A DNA stretch of 39,180 nt, taken from NCBI RefSeq assembly GCF_001186125.1, contig NW_014039724.1, positions 1 to 39,180 on the forward strand, given 5' to 3'. Position 1 is the stretch's first letter. Each line of letters starts with the position of its first letter. Below, one piece after another: positions 13,600 through 23,511 of the stretch. Source of the stretch: Sphaeroforma arctica JP610 (taxonomy: Eukaryota). A program made the translations under genes and the position numbers. The notes under the pieces were generated by a model that was given only the letters and a program-made list of their open reading frames with translations, had not been told where the DNA came from and ran no database searches.

Positions 13600-15640
13600 C
13601 TCAGTTCCATGGTACTATCGAAATGTAAACATTCCGGAATGGTATTTGTTCCCACATACAACAACTTGAAAAGTATACACCGGATCGCATCTTAGGCACT
13701 CAAAACAAACGGCTGTAAAATCAGCGATCATCGGCATGTGAGGCGACTGTGACAGAGCGATAGCTTTTCAATAACTTGTTGTTGATGCTCATTATGCCAG
13801 CGATTTTATCGCCCGGCACTCTCAAGCTGAACATATTCGACGTGATGCTTGCCATTACATTTTTACGACTGTGCTGGTGGAAAGAACTGTGCACACAAAG
13901 TACTGACGTAGGGCCTGTATGCCTACTTTGTCCTTAGGATTGTTCAGCGTAGTAGCCGATACCTGTGTGCCGATCGTCGGCAAGAAGGCAACTGGTAGAT
14001 GGCGCTCCAAAGATTTATATTTATCGCTACCAATGGCCCTTGTTACAGTTCAGTTTGGTCATCTGGGAGCGTTTTTTCTCTTCATTTTCGAATCGATGAC
14101 CAGTACAGACATATCAGATCGAAGCGCAAATGTGCGGATCGTGTGTCATTTTGCACCGACTAATTAACCCACAGCGATCAGGGCGCGCCAGCCCTCATGA
14201 AGATCCGTCGCAGTCAGTACCTGAGCGAGACAAGAAGCGAGAATACAAGGCTTGACGGGTACTGTAGATGGATTTCCTTGATTCCACAGTTATACATACC
14301 CCTGTACCGCGGGCTGTCATGCTGTGTCATAAGGGGCGACTACGTCATTAATTGGTCCAGAATTGAACGGCTACACGGTTTTCATCCTGTGTACCCGCAG
14401 TCAACCCTCCAATCCGCAGTTGAATACACTCTCGATCGCAATCTATGGTTGCATTTGGTACGCTGCTGCTGTGAACGTATACAAATACCGTCACGTATAG
14501 TCGTGTGGGGGTGGAGGAGAACAGAACTCTTTGCTATGTTAAGAGATATGAGGCCACCATATGGCCTTCTGCCAAATTGTAATAAAATTACTACTCAACG
14601 TAAACGTCGGTATGTCAAATCGGGTCTTAGAGTTATTTAGTAGTTCCAAGGTTAGATTACGATTGTTGCGGAATCAGTTTGCGAACGCCATATGTATGTG
14701 ATGCATTCTGAAAGTAGTAGCTATCCGGATATGTGCGCTCTGTTGCATTCGGTTGAACGCACAATTTTTGGAGCAGTGAAAGAACCGCATCTGATGTTAC
14801 ATTCCAGTGATACTGGATTAAACTGTTACTGCTAAAATTAGCTTACCTGACATGTACCGGAGGGAAACCGGTCACACTTAGTTTTGTTCTTGTTGATAGC
14901 ATAACCACAATAGTCTGCAAATTTGGGCATTCATCAATTTCGTCTGGCTCTGGTGCTTGTCTGTGAGCCATGTGAAGAGTGGCGTTGTCTTGATCTTCGT
15001 GTTTGTTTAAGTAGAACTCGAAGGCTACAACAAGCGCCTTGAGCCCGATGTATGGCAATTACTCAGCCGTTTGGATCCAAGTACCAGAAAGTGTCAAGGT
15101 TGTCCGCTGCCATCTACTGGAGTGCGACGATAAAGCTCGTCTTCAAAATGCCGGAGGTAATAGTTCAGTCAGAACTGACAGTATTCGAAGATGTCCACTA
15201 GAAGCACAGCAAACTACACTCTATCTTCTTGAAACTCGCATCTCTAGTACTGAATGCTGGCGGTCGGCAAATAATTGTCTCAAGCTAAGCACAGAGGAAT
15301 CAGCCCACTGTGACAGCAAGCTATTGAACGATCGCCAAACTGTGTTGGGTGTAAATCATTGATTCTGCATACCCGAGCTTTGGACTCCGGTGAAGTCTAA
15401 TGTGAAGTTTTTTTTTGCCTTGAATTCCTGTGACATCTCGATTGTGTTTGGTCGATGAGAACGCCTCGATGCTGTAGTCTGGTCACAAGAACTATCTTTC
15501 TTGGCGCAAATTACAATTGAAACTTTATAGATATTGTTGTAATGATTCTGGCATGCTGCCGAATATTTTGGTGGTCCGAATAGTAAGAGATCATCGACAT
15601 ACAGTGATATAGGAATACTTTTTGCTCGTTACTTGCCGCA
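13600..15640 (-). mobile_element. Heavily decayed Ty1/copia retrotransposon RT-RNase H remnant
   Basis: Minus-strand motifs occur in copia order: ISLYVDDLLLFG (YVDD at 15590-15601), GVLIDQ (~15450), RPDLTY (14610-14627), VYSTADW (14409-14429, cf. YxDADW) and MIADF (~13720, cf. ADxLTK). Many stops; no LTRs identified; boundaries approximate. Confidence 0.7.
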
Positions 15641-16208
15641 CTAGTTGATTAACACATACAGCGGAGGGGGAATGTTATCCCCATTGGCAACATTAGGAAG
15701 CACTACAGCTGGTTCTTGTGGTCGTGAAAATACCAGAGCCGGGGGTTTGCATCAGCTAACGCATTTTAGCCGTCGGGTTTGTTGGCTGACATATCTATAT
15801 GGTCCGGTCTGCAACGTTCGTCAGTCTCATCAGACATTTTGTCCCGAAGGTTTTCTTCTGTTAATGATCGTGGTGCTTTCTGGACTCAGTACTAACCGAT
15901 GAATTTTGCATCTCGCTGGAATTCAACGACATGAATACTGAATGCACTACTGATCTCTCCGTGTGGTCAAAACCGAGTAGCGCTAATAGTAAAGAGTGTT
16001 GAGTCTCAAATAAGTGAACTTGGTCGGAAGTGGTTTACAGAAGTGCTATGTTTATTAATCACGATCCTAAGTGAAACGAGATTTTCTCTACCATCGGGTA
16101 ATGTGAAAATACCCGTCTCTATGGTTTCGGACGAGTCTCCACTTCTATCTCGTTAAACTCTTTTCCACTAATCAATCCGGTAATCTGGTCCGATCCTAAA
16201 ATAATCCC

Positions 16209-16606
16209 TGTAGAAATACGGTCAGTCTAAAATAACAAGATCGAATGAGATAACACGTTTTGGTCTTCTCGCCAATCTCCAAAATCCAATAAGTCTTTTT
16301 CGTTTTTTAACTCTTCTTCAGATGGAACTTTATTTACATTAGCTAATGTATTAACTTGACTTACGTTCTTATGTCTATCTACAAATTAGACATCTGGTCA
16401 TGAACACTTAGTACTTCTAGTGAAAATTATTCAATAAAGAACAGCTAGAGGTACGTCCCGTGTGATCGAGGATATTAAGGCTCTTACCAAAAGGCAGTCC
16501 CGATCATTCTTACACAAGCTACCACTGCTAAATCCTAACTGACTTAAATTGTATCTTAATTTATATAACATAGTTTAAAACATAGAAATATCCATCGAAG
16601 TTTACA
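16209..16606 (+). repeat. 5' LTR (398 bp)
   Basis: Starts TGTAGAAATACG and ends GAAGTTTACA. About 12 substitutions versus the 3' LTR over ~398 aligned bases (manual count), plus two indels. Confidence 0.95.
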
Positions 16607-16794
16607 TCTTTTTCAGTTATTTAGTGGTTACTGTAGTGTACTGCTTCTAAACTGTCTAATAATTGCTTACTATCCAGCGACAGGACTACAAGTATTCTAT
16701 ACTACCCCATAGTGGCTAATACTACCCTAAAGTTAGCCACCCGCTAGTTACTATACCTATACTTTAATAATTTTCCTATTCTTGAGCTACTATT

Positions 16795-18750
16795 ATGGCA
16801 AAAGAAATTCTAAAGGCAAGGGAGCCGCCAGCTCTAAGCCTGCTAAGCCTGTTGAGGTTCCTGAGGTTACTGGAGACGCTGGTTCGTCTGGTACTGAGCC
16901 TGCCGTTGAAGCTGTAGAGGAAGCCGTTTCTGAGCTTGGTTCTGAGGAAACCTCTGAGGATGACTCGTCGGACCCTAAAGCCTTGGAAGTGGATGTCTCA
17001 ACTGCCGCGGAAAGGCTCGCCAGCGTCCGTGTGTCTCCTAGTAGTGCAGCCCAGGGCCTCTGCTCGCCATCTGACCGCGAAAAGTCAGATATTGGAAAGG
17101 CTATATCTCCTGAACAAGTGTAGGAATCGTCTCGAGATCGACGGTTTATTACTACTAAAAGTCAGCCCAATCCACCTATTAACAATGATGGTGGCGTTTC
17201 ATTTCGTGAATTTCATTGAATGCCTCGCCACTGAATGCCTCGCCACTGAATGTTGGGGCGGGAGACGCGAATTTTGGGGACGCCATAACTCGACAACGAG
17301 TGGTTGGATCTTCTCAATCTCGATGCCATTTAAACCCGCAAAGATGAGCTTTTAAAGGAGCTAGCCGCTGCCGCAGCTTCTGACCCTTCGATCATATCCC
17401 ACGTGGCCGATATTCTTCAAAATATTCCGGGCCGGGCTTCAAACCTGGGACCCACTGGTTTACCAGCCAGCAGGGTTACAACTGAGCCAGATACCGCTGG
17501 TGAAGTGGGTAAAACCTCAACATCCAATATCTATAGCTCGGAAGCTACAATCGACCATCCTCTCGACAAACCTAACCCTTAGGCTTACCACCCTCATAAC
17601 ATCGATCCTCATATACCATCTAACCTTGGTAATCACGACTTTGGCAATTGTTATACCTCACTAGAGTACCCACTCTAGCTCTGAAGTCGAAGAAGTGAGA
17701 ACCAGACAACATCGTCTCAGGCTATTATGTTCTGGAATGCAAGTCCTTGAGGACCGTTTATTGAATGACTCTGACCTTGACGATAAGAAACCGGATAACA
17801 TTCGCTCTCTAATCGATAACAAGAGAAAGGAGATAGACTCCATTTTGGCACTAGCAGCGCGTAGCACTGAGCGTGAGCCTCGTGAACGCTTCGAACCAAG
17901 CTTTATAAAGCAGCTAGGTAACGCGAAGGCTGAGGTCGATTTCTCTACTAATGAGAGTACAGTGGAGACACTGAAGGCCGTTGACCAACTTAAGGATTCT
18001 GCCAGCCTTAAGGATAAACAGATGATGAATGCATTTATTTATCTCTGTGAGTCAGAAGAATGGAAAACTATCTTGAAGGCCCATGAGCCCAACTGGAAAG
18101 CCCTACCCTGGCGCCAGTTGCGTGAGAATATACTTAACGCCTTCTTTGAAGATACACGGGACCGTGAACTTCTAGAGTCCCGCAAGTCCTTTGCGAACGA
18201 TACTACTATTCGAGGTGCTCTAGCTCATATGACACATATGAACACTCGGATGGGAGGTCGTACCTATACTGGCGAATATTTATTAATTTGTCAGATGATG
18301 GAGACTCTGGAGGCCAACCTTTTTAAGAAGGTCAATGATGATATTATCGCCTATGGTGATTTGCGATCTATGCCTTGGTCTGTCTTTGAGAAGATAGTTC
18401 AAAAGCATACCAACTCATCTACTAGAGTACTTAGTACCTCGAGCTTTACCCAGCCCGCTAAGCGTACCGCGATAGAGAATAACACTGCGCGTAATACTAA
18501 GAAACCTCGCACTACTGCTGGAGGGGGTAAAGGCTCTACTTCTACTGAACTAAAGGGTGAAAGGAAGGAGAGGGCACCTTGCAAGAAGTGTGGTTACAAC
18601 CCCATTAAACGTGATGGCAAGTGGAATGGTAAACACGACTCTGTTAAGTGTGCACCAGGCAAGCCAAACTTTGGACACTATATGAACGAGTGTACTACTT
18701 GCAAGGGTACTAATGGTTGGCACACAGAACATACCGGACGTCCAAGTTAA
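16795..18750 (+). pseudogene. gag-like ORF (disrupted acidic/Pro-rich N-terminal part; intact frame 17695-18750)
   Basis: Located between the 5' LTR and protease. The 351-aa open frame ends in Cys/His-rich CKKC...H...C...H...CTTC...H..H. A probable original start ATGGCAAAA at ~16795 is frameshifted into KRNSKGKGAASS. Confidence 0.75.
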
Positions 18751-18766
18751 GCACTGACAGTTCCAT

Positions 18767-19213
18767 ATGTGTGCACTAGAGCAAGATTATGAGAAAAGGT
18801 TCAATAAAATCTGTACCAAAGGAGATGAACGTATATTTCAAACCGTTTATGTACATGGAGAAAAAGTTATAGCACTATTTGATCCAGGGGCTGAAGTCTC
18901 TGCTATCTCACGCCGAGTAGCCTACGCTGCAGATATAGCTATCCATAACGAAACAACAAATTTAATCTTGGGAAATGGCAAAGTTACTACTTGCGAAGAA
19001 GCCATTGACTATGCACACATAGTGTTGTCAGATAGAAGAGAAGTGACGACTCGCCTAATTTTTACGGACATGTCTCAGAAATACGATTTAATTATAGGTA
19101 TGACTGATCTTCTCAGTTTAGGTATAACTCTCACTGGTCTGCCAAATAAAGATCAGTCAGATGATAATATGTTAAGATACCTAAACCTCAGGAAGGTGAA
19201 GCAAAGGATATGA
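18767..19213 (+). pseudogene. Retropepsin-like aspartic protease domain of pol
   Basis: VIALFDPGAEVSAIS (D-[T/S]-G position reads DPG at 18881-18889) and YDLIIGMTDL (C-terminal IxG motif); frameshift into RT near 19200. Confidence 0.85.
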
Positions 19214-20030
19214 TTCCGCACTTTACCGATATAATTATGGACTTAATTATACAAGACAGGAAGATTGCACTAACTGACTGGTGTATGTTTAAGTTCTCTA
19301 ACGGGTACGTTAAGCTTGACTTAACAAACGTCGACTTCTCTAAGTTGAAGTGTTCTTCACATAACTACGTGAGTTGGAGACACAAAGACGTTGTCAAACC
19401 CCAAATTGAAGATTGGTTAAAACAGGGTCTAATTGAAATCAATTATGATGCAATCCCAGTTAACTTAGCTCTCTTAGCGGTCGATCAATATAAATCTGAT
19501 GGAACGTTGAGTAAAACAAGAGTAGTACTAGACCTGTCGCCAATCAACACACTAATTCCGCAACATAGTTTCCCCTTACCAAAGATAAGCGGGATACTAC
19601 ACAAAATGGAAGGTGCGACTATCATTTCCAAGGTAGACTTAAAAGCTGCATTCCATCAATTACAAATATATGAGCCGCATAGGAAATGACAAGTGCTCTT
19701 TTGCTAAAGATACCATACACTTACTTGGATACAAGGTATCTGCAGCAGGGGTAGAAATTGATCCTGACAAGAAACAATTTCTGTTGGATTTATCAACACC
19801 GATTACTGGAAGAGATGTGAACTCTGTGTGTGGGTTTGTTAACTTCTTCTCGGATTCGGTACCTCATCTTTCTCATTACTTAAAGCCTTTCAGTCACCTA
19901 CGGCTGCACAAAGGACCTTTGGGAAAGCTTTGGACTAAGGAATGTGATGATGCGTTTAAGCTAGTCAAAAGTAAAGTAATGGACACACCCATCACGCAAT
20001 ACCCTGTGGATGGCGTCCCATTCCAAGTAG
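19210..20030 (+). pseudogene. Gypsy reverse transcriptase with internal deletion of the catalytic core
   Basis: KTRVVLDLSPIN, FPLPKI and SKVDLKAAFHQLQI are joined at ~19686 directly to KCSF...LLGY...GVEIDPDK and GFVNFF; the PFG/YxDD segment is absent. Confidence 0.9.
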
Positions 20031-20380
20031 CAACCGACTTCGGATTGAGCGGTAGGTGGAGTGCTATACCAAACGATAAATGGTAAACCGCACTACATAT
20101 AATTATTTAGCAAGAATTATAATAAGAGTCAACGGAATTGCTCTACCGTTAAGGAAGAGCTCCTTGCTATTGCTACTGCGTTATGACAGTTTGAAGACTA
20201 CCTTTGTGGAAGTTACTTCACTGTCGCCTGTGATCAAAATTCATAAACATATTTAAAGGACATGAACCCTGATTCACAGTTGGTGAGCCGCTGGCATGAC
20301 ATTATTGCTAAGTTCGCTTTTAACATTACACACATACCAGGAATACATAATCATTTTCCTGACATGCTCACTCGACTTGT
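20020..20380 (+). pseudogene. Gypsy RNase H domain (stops/frameshift)
   Basis: VATD(fs)SD*AVGGVLYQ...FSKNYNKSQRNCSTVKEELLAI...FTVACDQNS*...RWHDIIAKFAFNITHIPGIHNHFPDMLTRL. Confidence 0.9.
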
Positions 20381-20414
20381 CCCTGACTACCAGAAAACAG
20401 TTAAAGAGTTATAA

Positions 20415-20815
20415 GCAACCGATTGGATGCTTTATAAAAAATGGTCTAACCTCGCTCAATCAAGATGGGGTCCATTACTATTGATATGTTCGCCGCAGAA
20501 CATAACAAACAGGCTTCTGATTATATGTCGTTGACTCATCCTAAAGGTGATGCCTTTCAACTTGACTTATCAAAGCATAATGCGTGGGCTAATCCACCTT
20601 GGCAACTTATCGCACAGTTGTTAAATTATGTTAATATTACTTAATCTACCTTTACGCTGTGTTGTCCCTTACGTAGCTCCGACCCATGGATACGTGATTT
20701 AATTAATATGATACAAGACGAGCCTATCTATGTCGAAACCGACACGTTCTTGTATTAGGGATCCTATTCTATTAAGGAGACACCTTGGAAACACACCATC
20801 GTTTGTCGCATCGGT
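20415..20815 (+). pseudogene. DNA N6-adenine methyltransferase (Dam-like, DIRS-type MT) domain within pol
   Basis: ATDWMLYKKWSNLAQSRWGP(fs)TIDMFAAEHNKQ...KGDAFQLDLSKHNAWANPPWQLIAQLL...TLCCP...PW. SAM-binding-type DxFA at 20483-20494 and catalytic NPPW at 20591-20602; same frame as the downstream integrase, with stops at 20642 and 20756. Confidence 0.85.
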
Positions 20816-20941
20816 CCTGCAGGTACCACTAAGTGGAAACCCACAACCGAGTTCTTAGCTAAACTAGAGGAGTCTAAGGAGTTTGAACAAAAGCTCAAGA
20901 CTCGTACAACACATGCACCCAACAAGAATGCAGTCGAGGTA

Positions 20942-22150
20942 TTGCCGATCGAGACGGCATTAGATCGTAAATACTTGGAACTAGCTAAGGCCATGGATCA
21001 AAGACTCAAAGCTCTAAGAGAACCTGAAGCTCGCACTGAACTACTTAAAGCGCTGTTTAAACAACAGCCAGGAGTTGCGAAACAACTGAAGAAGATACTT
21101 CAACAATCTAATGTTGTCAATTATGTATCTCAGGAGTCTACCCCTCCTGATACTGAGGTTGCCCTATCTAACGGGACTATGGTTCATCCAGCCAGCGTTA
21201 CACAGAATCTGACTGACTTAAAAGAGCTTGAGAGTAGAGTTAAAATAATACGTAATTTAACTCATCGAGCATATGAGCATACTTATAAGATGGCTATTCG
21301 TGCAGGGCTTGATCACCCGGCGTTGAAAGAAACCATACGTGAAGTATACCGACGCTGTACTGATTGTGGAAAGAACCAGATCAAGCGCTACGGTTGGGCA
21401 CCCCTAAAAAGTTTGACAGAAGACCAACCGATGCGCCGAGTCATAGTCGAATTGATTAAACTCCCGCGATCCAAGCATACTGGCGATGTATATATCTGTC
21501 ATTTCTTATGTGTGGCTTCGGGCTATAACATGCTTTATGCAATACCGAACAAACGCCTGCAAACAGTGGCAGAGTTATGCTATCACGTCTTTAATGACTT
21601 CGGTTTCCCCCGAGTACTATGTTCTGATAACGGTAGTGAGTTTTGTACCGACGTAATGGAGGCACTTATACTCGTATCAGGCATGACCCATAGGCGTGGT
21701 GTTCCTTATAAACCTCAAACGCAGGGTGCAAATGAGACACGTCATAGAGAACTAAAGAAGCTATTGCGTACCGCACTGGATGACGTTGAGGATATGTGGC
21801 CTTATCCTTTGAAATGGGTTCAGACTCAAATGAATAACTACATGAATCCTCAAACTGGAACACTCCCATTTCACTATTTCTTTGGCCACTATAGTGAATT
21901 ACAAGCAACGTTTGACAAAACTGCGCCCGAGAAACACGTTACTCCGTGACTAAAAAATATCGAGCATATGCAGAACGTTGTTTACCCCTGTTTACTCGAG
22001 CATAAAAATCGTGTCCTACTTAAAGCGCATGACCGATGGAATAACACTAAGAACATTGTTCAGTTCAAAGTTGGCGATTATGCTAATATTATAAATCGCA
22101 ATGTATTTCGTACCATGATGAGAAGAGTGATACTTACGAAATAAATAACA
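20942..22150 (+). pseudogene. DDE integrase (rve) with N-terminal HHCC-like zinc-binding region
   Basis: LTHR...CTDC; FGFPRVLCSDNGSEF; GVPYKPQTQGANETRH; FKVGD after the stop at 21947-21949. Confidence 0.92.
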
Positions 22151-22242
22151 TAGATGGTACTAGCGCAACTAATCTGGGCACTCACCGTATCCCTACCTTC
22201 GAACTGTCATTCGCTCGCTCATTTGATTTTGATGTCCCAGTT

Positions 22243-22400
22243 ATGGAGTCACAAGTCAGAGACATAATCGTCAAAACATCCGAAGACGGTTATACTTACT
22301 ACAAGACCCGTTTTATGGATGGGACAGTAGCTTGGCTAACATCCGATGCGTTTCGTGAATCTCGCGACTTCCTTCGTATTTTTAAAAAGAAATGGAATAA
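22243..22400 (+). pseudogene. Putative degenerate chromodomain-like C-terminus of pol
   Basis: QVRDIIVKTSEDGYTYYKTRFMDGTVAWLTSDAF resembles the V-x-x-I...Y-x-V-x-W/F-x-G...W chromo pattern, at the position where chromoviruses carry it. Confidence 0.45.
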
Positions 22401-22787
22401 GCGTTTACATAAGAACACACGAGATAAACGGAAAGGATTTCCTCAGGTGATGGATATGAAATTCCCTACTTGCCACCTACTTCCTATGTGACTAAACTTT
22501 CTGATCTGCTTACCAACAGAGCAGAAATTTCTTCAAACTTACTTACTAATGAAGAACAACCTTTGGCAATTATCTTACCAAGTAATAAACGTAAGGCGCC
22601 TACATCGGAAATGGTTACTGGACCAAATACTAATCGACATAGAGTACAACATGAGTCTTGAACTCGTACATATAGGCACATACTTACTCGATAAGCCATG
22701 ATCGAAACCGTTTTACTTTGGTTTTCGCTTTACAAACTAGATCATACCTTCACGTACGTCTGTAGTCCTAAACGCTACTGGGGGCTA

Positions 22788-23387
22788 TGTAGAAATACGG
22801 CCTCCGGTCAGTCTAAAATATCAAGATCAAATGAGATAACACATTGGTTTTTATTTGCATTTAAAATAATTTAATACAAGTTAATTTTCCAATATTTCCA
22901 AAGTGTTCTAAATTCACTTTGATGGCTCCAATAGCCTGACTATTTGGTATGACTCATTTACTTGGACCTATTTGAGACGATAGTAGATGTAGGATATTAT
23001 AAACTGAATTTTATAATCTCTGAACTACTACTTACAGGTTTTGATCTTCTCGCCAATCTCCAAAATTCAATAAGTCTTTTTCTTTTTTTAACTTTTCTTC
23101 AGATGTAACTTTATTTACATTAGCTAATGTATTAACTTGACTTACGTTCTTATGTCTATCTACAAATTAGACATCTGGTCATGAACACTTAGTACTTCTA
23201 GTGAAAATTATTCAATAAAGAACAGCTAGAGGTACGTCCCGTGTGATCGAGGATATTAAGGCTCTTACCAAGAGGCAGTCCCGATCATTCATACACAAGC
23301 TACCACTGCTAAATCCTAACTGACTTAAATTGTATCTTAATATATATAACGTAGTTTAAAACATAGAAATATCCATCGAAGTTTGCA
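22788..23387 (+). repeat. 3' LTR (600 bp)
   Basis: Starts TGTAGAAATACG and ends GAAGTTTGCA; contains 195 bp (22843-23037) and 7 bp (~22800) absent from the 5' LTR. Confidence 0.95.
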
Positions 23388-23391
23388 TCCC

Positions 23392-23505
23392 CTAAGGGTC
23401 CTCTGGTCAGATCCCATAATAATCCCCTAGGTCCGGTCCCCTGGTCCGGTCCTAAACTTGCCTTTCAGGTCGGTGTTCTGGTCCAGTCCTAAATATTCGC
23501 CTAGG
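23392..23505. repeat. ~35-38-bp degenerate tandem repeat (CTGGTCCGxTCCTAAA...) interrupted by the gypsy insertion; first unit at 16186-16208
   Basis: ctggtccgatcctaaaataatccc lies left of the element; ctggtcagatcccataataatcccctagg, ctggtccggtcctaaa and ctggtccagtcctaaa lie right of it. Confidence 0.75.
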
Positions 23506-23511
23506 GATAAT

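Larger units (their letters stand above)
16209..23387 (+). mobile_element. Full-length, decayed Ty3/gypsy LTR retrotransposon (gag-PR-RT-RH-N6A MTase-IN-chromo-like)
   Basis: Direct TG...CA LTRs at 16209-16606 and 22788-23387; 4-bp TSD TCCC (16205-16208 / 23388-23391); G-rich PPT-like tract just before 22788; gypsy domain order PR-RT-RH-IN. Confidence 0.95.

Noticed and set aside
15661..15690. Copia-like PPT followed by TGTTA (GGAGGGGGAA-TGTTA) on the + strand
   Set aside because: Opposite orientation to the adjacent copia remnant, and no matching LTR end or partner found.
16209..23387. Classification as a DIRS element because of the MTase
   Set aside because: It has protease, DDE integrase, direct LTRs and a TSD, and no tyrosine recombinase or inverted terminal repeats.
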